A DNA stretch of 64,000 nucleotides, taken from an uncultured Bacteroidota bacterium (GTDB lineage: Bacteria > Bacteroidota > Bacteroidia > Flavobacteriales > Flavobacteriaceae). How positions within the stretch are numbered: position 1 is the stretch's first letter; each line of letters starts with the position of its first letter. The notes below the pieces were generated by a model. That model worked only from the letters and a program-made list of their open reading frames with translations, was not told the DNA's origin and did not search any database. A program made the position numbers and the translations under genes. The DNA is taken from positions 84-64,083 of the forward strand of contig CABYBK010000002.1 of NCBI GenBank assembly GCA_902517245.1. The letters are read 5' to 3'. Below, one piece after another: positions 10,338-20,602 of this stretch.

Positions 10338-11078
10338 TTATTTTATTTTTTCAACATATTGTTCAATAGCCATTGTCATAGAAGGACTTACTGGGGTAGG
10401 TGCTTTAATCTGAACAGTTAAACCGGCATCCTCAGCTGCTTTAATAGTAGAGTTTCCATAGGCTGAAATTCTCGTTTTATTTTGTTTAAAGTCAGGAAAA
10501 TTTTTGAATAATGACTCAATTCCTGAGGGGCTAAAAAACACTAAAATATCATAATAAACGTCTCTTAAATCTGATAGATCACTAACTACAGTTCGATAGA
10601 GTATTGCACGTGTCCATCTTAATTTAATATTATCTAGAAAATTTGGGACATCTTTTTTTAGAGTATCAGATGTAGGAAAAAGAAAAGTCTCTGTTTCAAA
10701 TTTATTAAGAACATTTTCTAGATCTTCTATTTTTCCTTTTCCAACATAAATTTTCCTTTTTCTGTAGACAACATATTTTTGAAGATAATATGCAACTGCT
10801 TCTGATAGACAAAAGTATTTGGTAGTATTTGGAACTGAATAACGCATTTCTTTACATAGCCTAAAGAAATGATCAACTGCATTACGACTAGTCAATATTA
10901 TATTATCATAATTTTTGAAATCAATTTTTTGCTGACGTACTTCTTTAGCATTAACACCCTCTACGTGTATGAAGGGTCTGAAATCGATGGTTAATTTATG
11001 TTTATTTTGTAATCTGTTGTAAGGAGATTTCTCAGATGAAGGTTCGGGTTGAGAAACCAAAATTGTTTTCACTTTCAT
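10338..11078 (-). CDS. uroporphyrinogen-III synthase (HemD) family protein
   Basis: 246 aa. TILVSQP...ILTSRNAVDHF...FFSPSG resembles the two-lobe HEM4 fold. No other heme genes are adjacent. Confidence 0.65.
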   Translation of the reverse strand: MKVKTILVSQPEPSSEKSPYNRLQNKHKLTIDFRPFIHVEGVNAKEVRQQKIDFKNYDNIILTSRNAVDHFFRLCKEMRYSVPNTTKYFCLSEAVAYYLQKYVVYRKRKIYVGKGKIEDLENVLNKFETETFLFPTSDTLKKDVPNFLDNIKLRWTRAILYRTVVSDLSDLRDVYYDILVFFSPSGIESLFKNFPDFKQNKTRISAYGNSTIKAAEDAGLTVQIKAPTPVSPSMTMAIEQYVEKIK

Positions 11079-11090
11079 AATCTTTCTATA

Positions 11091-11756
11091 TTACAACTTT
11101 GAATCTATGATAAATACATAGAACCAATACCAAGGTATAATTTTTAATGTGCAAAGATAAAGAATTATGTACAAAAACTCTTTAGGATTAGGACGAAAAA
11201 GAGAAATAAATATTTTGATTTGATAATAAAACCAGCACACCCCTAGACAGCCTGATATGGTTATAAAAATATGTTTTGTAAAAGAATTATAAGTATTAAA
11301 AAATAAAAATATTAAGAGAATTATTGAAAATTGAACATTATGAGTGAAGCTTTTAAAATATAATAATTTTGATTTATTCATACTTTTAATATGATTCAGA
11401 ATTGATTGAATTAAGAAAAAGCGAAGACTTAAAAAAACAAAAAGTGTAATCATTAAGTAATAATACTCGAAAGAAAATTGGATTAATTTGTTTGAAAAAT
11501 TTGAAAAGGAGAAAATATAAAGACAAACGGTACTAACAATAATAAAAAAACTAAGAAGATTAAAGGGGCTTAAATAATTTAACTTTTTTTCTGAGATAAA
11601 CTTGCTTATATAGAAATCTGTAGCATAAAACTTTATTAGTCCCCTTAGTCTAAGTGGGTCTAGAAAAAACATCCAGCTTATAAACAATAGATTTATAAAA
11701 AAAATCAAACTGATCCAATCTTGATGAATATTATTTTTAAAAATCAAATCTCCCAT
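11091..11756 (-). CDS. polytopic membrane protein (DUF4271-like)
   Basis: 221 aa, very hydrophobic (about 6 TM). I recall it as the usual upstream partner of the HemD-like gene in Flavobacteriia (from memory, not checked). Confidence 0.55.
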   Translation of the reverse strand: MGDLIFKNNIHQDWISLIFFINLLFISWMFFLDPLRLRGLIKFYATDFYISKFISEKKLNYLSPFNLLSFFIIVSTVCLYIFSFSNFSNKLIQFSFEYYYLMITLFVFLSLRFFLIQSILNHIKSMNKSKLLYFKSFTHNVQFSIILLIFLFFNTYNSFTKHIFITISGCLGVCWFYYQIKIFISLFRPNPKEFLYIILYLCTLKIIPWYWFYVFIIDSKL

Positions 11757-11837
11757 TATTCAAATTTACTTGATTTTAAAAAATTATTCTTACTTACACA
11801 ACATTATGTTGATTAGACATTTCCTATTTTTACAAGA

Positions 11838-12563
11838 ATGAGGACAGAAAAAACATTAATCATAATTCCTACCTTTAATGAAATAGAAAATATTTCGAAA
11901 ATTATTATGGCCATTTTTGATACTGGCTTATCAATAAATATTTTAGTTGTTGATGATCAATCTCCAGATGGAACTGGCCAGGAGGTTAGAAAATTAATGA
12001 AAACTTTTCCAAATAGATTATTTTTAGAAAGTAGGTCAGGAAAAAAAGGATTGGGATCGGCTTATATCGATGGTTTTAAGTGGGCACTAAAAAGTGATTA
12101 TAAATATATCTTTGAAATGGATGCAGATCTTTCTCATCAACCAAAGGAATTAAAATCAATGATTAAAATACTTGATTCAAATGTTGACCTAGTCATAGGT
12201 TCTCGCTATATAAAAGGAGTTAATGTCGTAAACTGGCCTTTGGGTAGAATTTTGCTATCATATTTTGCATCGTTTTATGTTCAATTTATTACAGGTATGC
12301 CGATTAAGGATCCGACTGCCGGATTTGTTGGTTATAAAAGGAGGGTTATTGAGACAATTGATATAGATAATATTAAATTTATAGGCTATGCTTTTCAAAT
12401 TGAACTCAAGTACAAAGCCTGGATTAAAAATTTTATAATTAAGGAACACCCTATTATTTTTATAAATAGAGTTTATGGAAAATCTAAGATGAGTGGAAAT
12501 ATTATTTGGGAAGCATTTTTTGGTGTTTTACTTTTACGCCTAAAAAAGAAAAATTTTAGTTGA
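11838..12563 (+). CDS. polyprenol-phosphate mannose synthase-like GT2 (Dpm1/Ppm1 type)
   Basis: 241 aa with IIPTFNE, VVDDQSPDGT, MDADLSHQP and GKSKMSG motifs of Dpm1-type GT-A transferases. Confidence 0.85.
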   Translation: MRTEKTLIIIPTFNEIENISKIIMAIFDTGLSINILVVDDQSPDGTGQEVRKLMKTFPNRLFLESRSGKKGLGSAYIDGFKWALKSDYKYIFEMDADLSHQPKELKSMIKILDSNVDLVIGSRYIKGVNVVNWPLGRILLSYFASFYVQFITGMPIKDPTAGFVGYKRRVIETIDIDNIKFIGYAFQIELKYKAWIKNFIIKEHPIIFINRVYGKSKMSGNIIWEAFFGVLLLRLKKKNFS

Positions 12564-12566
12564 ATT

Positions 12567-13904
12567 ATGAGAGAACTAAAAATCATTAATGCATTTTTGG
12601 TAAATGATGGCAAGATATCAAAAGAAGATATTCATGTTGTTGGTAACAAAATAGTGAAAATAGGGAATTGTATTAAATCTTCTGATAATGCTGAAGTTTT
12701 TGACGCCACTGGTAAATATGTTTTTCCAGGATTAATTGATGACCAAGTCCATTTTAGAGAGCCAGGATTAACTCACAAGGCTACAATTGAGACAGAGTCT
12801 AAGGCAGCACTTGCAGGAGGTATTACTTCCTTTTTAGAGATGCCCAACACTAATCCTCAGACAACAACTATTAAAGAATGGGAATTTAAAAATAAGCTTG
12901 CTGAAAAAACATCATATGCAAATTATGGGTTTATGTTTGGCGGAACGAATAATAATTTAGATCAAATTTTAAAGCTTGATTCTAAACGAGTGCCAGCGCT
13001 GAAATTATTTCTTGGGTCTTCCACTGGAAATATGTTAGTTGATAATCCTGAGGTATTAAAGAATATTTTTGAAAACACAGATTTAGTTATTGCAGTTCAT
13101 TGTGAAGACGAAACCACAATAACAAATAATCTTAAAGCTGCAAAAGTGAAATATGGGGAAAACATTCCAATTGAGCAGCACCCTGAAATTAGAAGTGAAA
13201 ATGCTTGTTATTTATCTTCTTCTCAGGCAATAAGCTTAGCCAAACAAACTGGGGCACGTCTCCATGTTTTTCATGTATCTACAGCAAAAGAGTTATCTCT
13301 TTTTCGCAATGATATCCCACTGAAAGATAAAAAAATAACAGCTGAGGTTTGTATTCATCATCTTTGGTTTAATTCGAAAGATTATAAAACTAAAGGCACA
13401 TTAATAAAATGGAATCCTGCGATTAAGACATTGAATGATAGTGAAGCTCTTTGGGATGGCCTAAATTCAGGATTGTTAGATGTTTTAGCAACTGATCATG
13501 CGCCTCACACAATAAAGGAAAAGTTAAATTCTTATAACAAAGCACCATCTGGTGGTCCTCTTGTTCAACATTCGTTACCTGCTTTGCTTACCGCTTACCA
13601 TCAAAAGAGAATTAGTTTGGAGAAAATTGTTGAAAAAGCTTGCCATAATCCAGCGATTCTATTTGATATAAAAAATCGTGGCTATATAAGAGAAGGGTTT
13701 TTCGCAGATTTGGTTATAATCGATTTAGACAAAAAACATACTGTAAATAAGAAAGATTTATTATACAAATGCGGGTGGTCACCTTTTGAAGGAACAACTT
13801 TTAAAGGAATTGTTGAAAAAACATTACTTAACGGTCAATGGGCTTATAATCAAGGAAAAGTTCTTCCAAAGTCTGCAGCAATGGCTTTAATATTTGATAG
13901 GTAA
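12567..13904 (+). CDS. pyrC: dihydroorotase (long, allantoinase-like type)
   Basis: 445 aa amidohydrolase with DDQVHFREPG, HCED and ATDHAPH metal-ligand motifs. Confidence 0.85.
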   Translation: MRELKIINAFLVNDGKISKEDIHVVGNKIVKIGNCIKSSDNAEVFDATGKYVFPGLIDDQVHFREPGLTHKATIETESKAALAGGITSFLEMPNTNPQTTTIKEWEFKNKLAEKTSYANYGFMFGGTNNNLDQILKLDSKRVPALKLFLGSSTGNMLVDNPEVLKNIFENTDLVIAVHCEDETTITNNLKAAKVKYGENIPIEQHPEIRSENACYLSSSQAISLAKQTGARLHVFHVSTAKELSLFRNDIPLKDKKITAEVCIHHLWFNSKDYKTKGTLIKWNPAIKTLNDSEALWDGLNSGLLDVLATDHAPHTIKEKLNSYNKAPSGGPLVQHSLPALLTAYHQKRISLEKIVEKACHNPAILFDIKNRGYIREGFFADLVIIDLDKKHTVNKKDLLYKCGWSPFEGTTFKGIVEKTLLNGQWAYNQGKVLPKSAAMALIFDR

Positions 13905-14270
13905 ATGAAAATTAAAAATTTCCACATTAGAATTACATTTATTATATTATTATTATTTAGCTGTGATAATCCTATAGATGTTAAGAAGCCTGATAAATTA
14001 ATTGATCAAGTTTTAATGGAAAAAATCCTTTATGAAGCAACTCTTTTAGAGGTTATGAGTACTTTTTCTGAAAAAAATCCAAACTTTACTAAAACACTAG
14101 GGGCTCCATATTTTTATTTAAAGTATGGTATCGATAGTTTGCAGTTATCTGAAAATGAATCTTATTATTCTAAAAATCCTAAAATTTACCAAAAAATTCA
14201 CATGAAGGTTTTACTTCGTATGGAAAAGCTTAAGGATAGTTTTGACATATTAACCAAAAAGGAAAAATAA
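13905..14270 (+). CDS. small lipoprotein (DUF4296-like)
   Basis: 121 aa. Signal peptide ending LLFSC (lipobox Cys). The start directly abuts the pyrC stop. Confidence 0.55.
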   Translation: MKIKNFHIRITFIILLLFSCDNPIDVKKPDKLIDQVLMEKILYEATLLEVMSTFSEKNPNFTKTLGAPYFYLKYGIDSLQLSENESYYSKNPKIYQKIHMKVLLRMEKLKDSFDILTKKEK

Positions 14271-14272
14271 AA

Positions 14273-15268
14273 TTAATACTGTTTTGCTATTAGGTCTATG
14301 GTCTCTTTAATTTTTGTGTATTTGAAATTTATTTTACTTAAAATTTTTGAACCATTATATTTTTGATTATTACAAAGTGAATCTATGAGTGCAAAACTCA
14401 AGTAACTTTTTCTTAATCTTAAAAGACTGAGTGTCTTATCAATAATAAAAAGAAGGTATAGTATCAATTTTGATAGAGGAAAAAAAGGTTTTCTTTTATA
14501 TAATGCGATTGCAATTTTATCTAATAATATTTTTTGTTTTAAGTTTTCTGATACCAATATAAAGCGCTCATTTCTTATTCTAGAGTCCATTAAAGTCATT
14601 AAACAATTTACAACATCTTCCAAAGAGACAACTGGTGTATTTCCAATAGTATAATATTTCAATCCCTCATGGACCTTTTTAAATATCTCTCCACTACTTC
14701 GATGCCAAAAATGAGCTCCTAAAATTACACCAGGATTAACGATAATAACATCAACACCTTCTTGCGAAGCTCTCCACACCTCGAGTTCAGCTTCATGTTT
14801 AGAATAAGCATAGGCAGTATGATTTTTAGTATTCGACCATGAGTGATTTTCATTTATAATTTTTATGTTTTTCTCGGCTCCAATTGATGCAATTGAGGAT
14901 ACATATCCTAATTTTTTTATCCTATGTTTTATACAAAGATTTACAATGTTAGCTGTGCCCTCAATATTAGTTTTTATTAATTTTTTATTTTGAAATTGAA
15001 CTAAAGAAACTTTAGCCGCACAGTGATATACGTATTTAATACCCTTAAAAGCTTTATTTAAAGCTTCTAGATCATTTAGATCAGTCTTTATCCAATCAAT
15101 TTGTTCGAATAAATTTAACTTATCAGGAAATAATTTTTTGAAAAGATGTTTGATATGATTAAGACTGTCAGTTCTCCGGTAAATAGCTCGAGTTGGTTGA
15201 TTTTTTTTTAAGCATTCTAAAAGAATACGTGAACCTAACATGCCTGTGCCTCCAGTAACTAATATCAT
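14273..15268 (-). CDS. NAD-dependent epimerase/dehydratase family (extended SDR)
   Basis: 331 aa with N-terminal VTGGTGMLGS (Rossmann) and YxxxK (YAYSKHEAE). Confidence 0.85.
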   Translation of the reverse strand: MILVTGGTGMLGSRILLECLKKNQPTRAIYRRTDSLNHIKHLFKKLFPDKLNLFEQIDWIKTDLNDLEALNKAFKGIKYVYHCAAKVSLVQFQNKKLIKTNIEGTANIVNLCIKHRIKKLGYVSSIASIGAEKNIKIINENHSWSNTKNHTAYAYSKHEAELEVWRASQEGVDVIIVNPGVILGAHFWHRSSGEIFKKVHEGLKYYTIGNTPVVSLEDVVNCLMTLMDSRIRNERFILVSENLKQKILLDKIAIALYKRKPFFPLSKLILYLLFIIDKTLSLLRLRKSYLSFALIDSLCNNQKYNGSKILSKINFKYTKIKETIDLIAKQY

Positions 15269-15342
15269 ATTATCTAAAGTACACTTTTTTGATTTTGATT
15301 TTCTGTTTCTCCCAGAGAAATATATCTTTACAATAAAAATTA

Positions 15343-16641
15343 ATGTCGATAAATTTTGTACAGGAACTGCAATGGCGAGGTTTACTTCATGATCTGACCC
15401 CAGAAACGGAAAAATTTCTTTTAAATAATTCTACTAAAGGATATATAGGATTCGATCCAACAGCAGATTCACTTCATATAGGGAGTTTAGTTCAAATCAT
15501 TATTTTGATGCATTTTCAAAAGGCAGGTCACTTTCCAATAGTTTTGTTAGGTGGAGCTACTGGTATGATTGGCGATCCATCAGGTAAATCAGATGAGCGA
15601 AATTTATTGGATCAAGAAACTCTAGAAAAAAACTGTAATGGCATGCAAAAGCAGTTTGAAAAATTTTTAGATTTTAACACGACTATAGAAAATCCTGCTT
15701 TGATGATCAATAATTTTGATTGGATGAAGTCTTTCAGCTTGATAGATTTTTCAAGAGACATAGGGAAGCATTTAACAGTCAACTATATGATGGCAAAAGA
15801 ATCTGTGAAAAAACGTTTAGATTCTGAATCTAGTGTGGGTATGTCTTTTACAGAATTCACGTATCAGTTGATTCAGGGTTACGACTTTCTCCACCTTTAT
15901 AAAACAGAAGGATGTAAACTTCAGATGGGAGGTAGTGACCAATGGGGTAATATTACTACAGGGACAGAGTTAATAAGAAGAAAAGAAGGTGGAAAAGCTT
16001 ATGCTATAACTTGCCCCTTAATTAAAAAAGCTGATGGCTCTAAGTTTGGTAAAACTGAAAGCGGAAACGTATGGCTCGACAAATCAAGGACTTCACCATA
16101 CAAGTTTTATCAGTTTTGGTTAAATACTTCAGATGAAGATGCTTTTAGCTATATTAAAATTTTCACTTTTTTGTCTAAAGAAAAAATTGATCAGAAAACA
16201 AAAGAGCACAAAGAATCACCACACCTAAGATTATTGCAAAAAATTATTGCTGAAGAAGTAACAACTTTAGTGCATGGAAAAGAGGCATATCAAAAAGCTA
16301 CAGAAGTTTCTAAAATTTTATTTGGCAAAACTACCTCTGAGGCCATTCAAAATTTAGACTCTGAAACTTTTCTAGAATTATTTGAGGGAGTTCCGCAAGC
16401 TAATATTAAGAAGGACCTTTTAGTCGAGGGAATAGATATTATTAAAGTTTTGGTTTCTGAAACAGGGTTTTTAAATTCAAATGGAGATGCACGCCGAGCA
16501 CTAAATGAAAATGCGATTTCTGTAAACCAAATAAAAGTAAAACAAGATTATATTATTAATGTTAAAGATTTAATAGCAGAAAAATATGTATTGTTACAAA
16601 GAGGTAAAAAAACTTATTTTATCTTGAATGTCGGCGATTAA
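15343..16641 (+). CDS. tyrS: tyrosine--tRNA ligase
   Basis: 432 aa with HIGSL (HIGH), KFGKT (KMSKS) and a C-terminal S4-like domain. Confidence 0.96.
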   Translation: MSINFVQELQWRGLLHDLTPETEKFLLNNSTKGYIGFDPTADSLHIGSLVQIIILMHFQKAGHFPIVLLGGATGMIGDPSGKSDERNLLDQETLEKNCNGMQKQFEKFLDFNTTIENPALMINNFDWMKSFSLIDFSRDIGKHLTVNYMMAKESVKKRLDSESSVGMSFTEFTYQLIQGYDFLHLYKTEGCKLQMGGSDQWGNITTGTELIRRKEGGKAYAITCPLIKKADGSKFGKTESGNVWLDKSRTSPYKFYQFWLNTSDEDAFSYIKIFTFLSKEKIDQKTKEHKESPHLRLLQKIIAEEVTTLVHGKEAYQKATEVSKILFGKTTSEAIQNLDSETFLELFEGVPQANIKKDLLVEGIDIIKVLVSETGFLNSNGDARRALNENAISVNQIKVKQDYIINVKDLIAEKYVLLQRGKKTYFILNVGD

Positions 16642-17618
16642 ATTACCATTAAATTACACCCCCTTATCTCTGATTGATCAAAACGGCCTAATACTTCAAA
16701 GCTCCCCTCAAAATCAACTTTACCAAGATCTTGCGTGGCAATAAAAGCACATGAATCTATGTTTGCCATATCAATTATATTTAAAGCGCCGATTTTTCTT
16801 GGTGTTAATATCTCGAATGGATCTTCAATCGATCTAGACATTACCTTCATCCATGGAGGACATTTAAAGATTCCTTTACCTTTTGAATAGGCTTGACTTA
16901 AGAGTTCTGTCATACCGTATTCAGAATGTATCTCAGTTACTTTGTACTTATCTTTAAGTTTTTTATGGAGTGCTGAGCGAACTAATTCTTTTCTCATACC
17001 TTTCATTCCTCCTGTCTCCATAATTATTGTGTTTTTAAGGTTCCATATAAATTTTTCAGCACCCTCAAGTAGTGCAAATGTAACTCCAAGGAGTATTGTT
17101 TTTTGGCTCTTGCTCTCTAAAGTAATTAGTCTTTTTCTTAGAGAATCCCAATTATCTAAATAAAACCCACTTTCTACACGCTTTGTTTTTTTTATTAAAT
17201 AATCTGCCATAAAAACTAAAGATGAATTATCGCGTTCTAAATAAGACGGTAGTAATGCTAGAATAACATAATCTTCTATATTCCCATAAAAATGGCTAAA
17301 TGCTTTATTAAAACTTTTTATATAAAGATTTAAATCATTAACATTATGAATTGACGGGGTTTGTCCTGTTGTTCTACTTGATTCAAATCTGATTTGGGGG
17401 GGATTTTTGTCAAAATTCAGATCATGATTCTTAAAAAATTGAATTGGTAAAAAAGGAATTTTATTAATTTCTTTTACATCACTGGGATCTACATTAATCA
17501 AATCACAATAAGACCTGTAAATTGAATTATTTTCATATTGGAATCTAAAAAGTTTTAAAGCTTGACTATTAAAAGTAGCTTTAGTAATAGTTTCAAAACT
17601 TGTAAATAATTCTCTCAC
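16638..17618 (-). CDS. LuxE/PaaK-like acyl-protein synthetase / acyltransferase family protein
   Basis: 326 aa with METGGMKG and SEYGMTEL adenylate-forming-like motifs. Apparent GTG start. Confidence 0.6.
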   Translation of the reverse strand: MRELFTSFETITKATFNSQALKLFRFQYENNSIYRSYCDLINVDPSDVKEINKIPFLPIQFFKNHDLNFDKNPPQIRFESSRTTGQTPSIHNVNDLNLYIKSFNKAFSHFYGNIEDYVILALLPSYLERDNSSLVFMADYLIKKTKRVESGFYLDNWDSLRKRLITLESKSQKTILLGVTFALLEGAEKFIWNLKNTIIMETGGMKGMRKELVRSALHKKLKDKYKVTEIHSEYGMTELLSQAYSKGKGIFKCPPWMKVMSRSIEDPFEILTPRKIGALNIIDMANIDSCAFIATQDLGKVDFEGSFEVLGRFDQSEIRGCNLMVI

Positions 17619-17755
17619 CTACTAGTAAAAATAAAGAAAAAGATATTATAACAGTATTAATTCTAATATTGGACATACCTTATATTTTTTTAATTATTAA
17701 TAGTTTAATAACATTATTGAACACTAAAAAGTATTAATTTCAGGGTTTTTGATGT

Positions 17756-18436
17756 ATGGAAAAAAAACACACTAAGATATTACTTGTTGACGATGAACCT
17801 GATATAGTCGAGATAATTCGTTTTAATTTAGAACAAAACGGTTATCAAATTAGTACAGCTTCTGACGGCTTAGAGGCAATCAAGGCTGCAGAGAAAGAAA
17901 TACCTCACCTTATAATTATGGATGTCATGATGCCAAATTTAGATGGAATTGAAGCCTGCGAAAGACTACGTCAAGATGATAGATTTTCAGATACTATCAT
18001 TATGTTTTTAACAGCCAGAGGAGAAGACTATTCCTATGTTGCAGCTTTTGATGCAGGGGCAGATGACTATGTCACTAAACCAATAAAACCGAAAGTATTA
18101 GTTTCAAAAGTAAAGGGGCTTTTACGAAGGCTTAAAGAAAAGGAGTCTAAAAATATATATGTTTTTAATAAACTCACTATAGATCGAGATTCGTATAAGG
18201 TTATTAATGAGCATAAAGAACTTTCTCTACCAAGAAAAGAATTTGAATTATTATTCCTATTGGCTTCAAAGCCTGGCAAAGTTTTTACTAGAGAAAAAAT
18301 TATGGATAAAGTTTGGGGAGGTGATGTTGTAGGAGACCGAACAATAGATGTCCATATTAGAAAGCTTAGAGAAAAAATTGGTAATCGTTATTTCAAAACT
18401 GTAAAAGGAATTGGATATAAATTTATTCAACCTTAA
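17756..18436 (+). CDS. OmpR/PhoB-type response regulator
   Basis: 226 aa. Receiver domain (LLVDDEPD...MDVMMP...KP) plus a winged-helix C-terminus (RTIDVHIRKLREK...GYKF). Confidence 0.93.
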   Translation: MEKKHTKILLVDDEPDIVEIIRFNLEQNGYQISTASDGLEAIKAAEKEIPHLIIMDVMMPNLDGIEACERLRQDDRFSDTIIMFLTARGEDYSYVAAFDAGADDYVTKPIKPKVLVSKVKGLLRRLKEKESKNIYVFNKLTIDRDSYKVINEHKELSLPRKEFELLFLLASKPGKVFTREKIMDKVWGGDVVGDRTIDVHIRKLREKIGNRYFKTVKGIGYKFIQP

Positions 18437-19511
18437 AGAAATTAATTTGAGTATTTTAAAATTAAATAAAGTCAGTTTTTATTTATCTATATCAATCTCA
18501 CTTTTTTGTGTAATTGTTTTTATAATAATGGCTTTCATGTTTCTTGATTTAACCGGTGAAGAGATTTTTAAATTTTCAATTTTCAGTTTTTTAAGCATTC
18601 TAATTTTTTCATATATTTTATTGTTTTATCGTTTCGAAAGCTTAATAATTATTAGATTAAATGAAATTTATAAAAAACTTTTACCTACTTCATCTTCTTA
18701 TGTAATAAAAAAACCATCTGATATCGATTTGTTTACAAGCAATCTTAACAAGATCAATTCTGATAAAAATTTGGAAATAGAAATGCTAAAGAATCAAGAA
18801 AATTATAGGAAAGAGTTTATTGGAAATATTGCACACGAATTAAAAACTCCCTTATTTACAATTCAAGGCTATATTTTGACTCTTTTAGATGGAGGTGTGA
18901 CCGATGAAGAAATAATAAAAAAATATTTAAAGCGTACCTCTAAAGGGGTTGAAAGACTCACTTATGTTGTTAAAGATCTAGATTTAATTACCAAGTTTGA
19001 ATCTGGTATGGCAAACTTGGAATTTAAAACTTTTGATATTCTTTTTACTATCAAAAATGTATTTGAACTGTTGGAGATACAAGCTAAAAAAAACAACATT
19101 ACTTTAAAGACAAATAATGAGTATGTGAAGCCGATATATGTATATGCTGATGAAGAAAGGATTCAGCAAGTAATAACTAATCTAATTATAAATTCCTTAA
19201 AATATGGTGTTGATCGTGGTGTTACAGAAGTAAGTATTGATTCATTAAAAAAAGGTAAAATTCTAATAAGAATTTCTGATAACGGAGAAGGTATAGAAAA
19301 AAAACATTTACCACGACTCTTTGAGCGTTTTTATCGGGTAGAAAAAACAAGAAACCGAACGCTAGGGGGGTCTGGACTGGGATTATCAATTGTGAAACAT
19401 ATCATCGATGCACATAATGAAAAAATATTTGTAGAAAGTCAGGCAAATATTGGCTCTGAGTTTTCCTTTACACTCTCAAAGGCTAATAAGGCACAATTAA
19501 TTCAAGAGTAA
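18411..19511 (+). CDS. sensor histidine kinase
   Basis: Two N-terminal TM helices, H-box IAHELKTPL, N/G boxes (NSLKYG, DNGEGI, GGSGLGLSIV). There is no ATG before TM1, so the start is TTG at 18411 (26-nt overlap with the regulator) or TTG at 18447. The 5' end is uncertain. Confidence 0.88.
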   Translation: MDINLFNLKEINLSILKLNKVSFYLSISISLFCVIVFIIMAFMFLDLTGEEIFKFSIFSFLSILIFSYILLFYRFESLIIIRLNEIYKKLLPTSSSYVIKKPSDIDLFTSNLNKINSDKNLEIEMLKNQENYRKEFIGNIAHELKTPLFTIQGYILTLLDGGVTDEEIIKKYLKRTSKGVERLTYVVKDLDLITKFESGMANLEFKTFDILFTIKNVFELLEIQAKKNNITLKTNNEYVKPIYVYADEERIQQVITNLIINSLKYGVDRGVTEVSIDSLKKGKILIRISDNGEGIEKKHLPRLFERFYRVEKTRNRTLGGSGLGLSIVKHIIDAHNEKIFVESQANIGSEFSFTLSKANKAQLIQE

Positions 19512-19536
19512 AATTTCTTATTTTTATAAAAAAATT

Positions 19537-20205
19537 GTGGGAAGTAAAAATAAATTAAAACGATTTAAGGAAAACGAAATATTTCCCAACGTAATACAAC
19601 CCAAATTATCTGACGTTCAAAAAGATTCTTTTTTTTTAAAAGGAAAATGGAGATCTGACTTTTTTAAAAACAACCAGCCCATTGTTTTGGAATTAGGTTG
19701 TGGTAAAGGGGAGTATACCCTTCATCTTGCAGAACAAAATCCAAATAGAAACTACATTGGAATTGACATAAAAGGCGCAAGATTATGGAGAGGAGCTAAG
19801 ACAGCTCTTGAAAAGGGATTGAAAAACACAGCATTTCTTAGAATACAAATTGAACTTATAGCTTCTTGTTTTTCTGAGGCTGAAATTGATGAGATATGGA
19901 TTACTTTTCCAGACCCTCAAATTAAATATAAAAGAACAAAGCATAGACTTACTAGGCCTGATTTACTTTTAAGCTATAAAAACATAATAATTCCTGGAGG
20001 AAGTTTTCATTTAAAGACGGACAGTGAATTTTTATTTGGCTACACACTTGCAACTGTTGCTCAAATAGGTAAGATAAAATATGCCCATCATGATATATAT
20101 AATAATAGTGATGCCCCTGAAGAGGCTACTGCCATTCAAACTTTTTATGAACAACAGTATTTAGATAAAAACAAAGCTATCACTTACATTAAGTTTAATT
20201 TGTAA
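19537..20205 (+). CDS. trmB: tRNA (guanine46-N7)-methyltransferase
   Basis: 222 aa with LELGCGKGEY (SAM site) and FPDPQ/KRTKHR motifs. GTG start. Confidence 0.9.
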   Translation: MGSKNKLKRFKENEIFPNVIQPKLSDVQKDSFFLKGKWRSDFFKNNQPIVLELGCGKGEYTLHLAEQNPNRNYIGIDIKGARLWRGAKTALEKGLKNTAFLRIQIELIASCFSEAEIDEIWITFPDPQIKYKRTKHRLTRPDLLLSYKNIIIPGGSFHLKTDSEFLFGYTLATVAQIGKIKYAHHDIYNNSDAPEEATAIQTFYEQQYLDKNKAITYIKFNL

Positions 20206-20544
20206 ATGGATAAAGGTGATTCTTTTTTTGAAAAAGTTTATAAGGTAGTACGTTTAATTCCTTTTGGGAGAGTAACTTCTTATGGTGCAATTGCAAAATA
20301 TATTGGATCAGCTAGAAGTGCAAGAATGGTTGGTTGGGCCATGAATGCCTCTCACAATGATCTGACTGTACCGGCTCATCGTGTTGTTAATAGATCTGGG
20401 TTATTGACAGGCAAGCATCATTTTAGAGGTTCAAATCTTATGCAGCAACTTTTAGAAAGCGAAGGCTTAGAAATAGAAGAAAACCAGATCAAAAACTTAG
20501 ATAAATATTTCTGGGATCCTCAACAGGAACTACCTCTTATTTAA
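20206..20544 (+). CDS. alkyltransferase-like (ATL) protein, MGMT DNA-binding domain without the acceptor Cys
   Basis: 112 aa. IPFGRVTSYGAIA...VPAHRVVN has Ala where MGMT carries the PCHRV cysteine. Confidence 0.8.
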   Translation: MDKGDSFFEKVYKVVRLIPFGRVTSYGAIAKYIGSARSARMVGWAMNASHNDLTVPAHRVVNRSGLLTGKHHFRGSNLMQQLLESEGLEIEENQIKNLDKYFWDPQQELPLI

Positions 20545-20602
20545 TTAAATAACCTTTAGATATTTAATCCTTAGCGTTATATTTGTAACAGTTAATTTAA
20601 CT

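Noticed and set aside
15269-15342. A possible T-box or leader element upstream of tyrS (also examined upstream of leuS, 5796..5925).
   Set aside because: The spacers are too short and AT-rich for a T-box (which needs about 200 nt with a specifier loop and T-box motif). No terminator hairpin is present.
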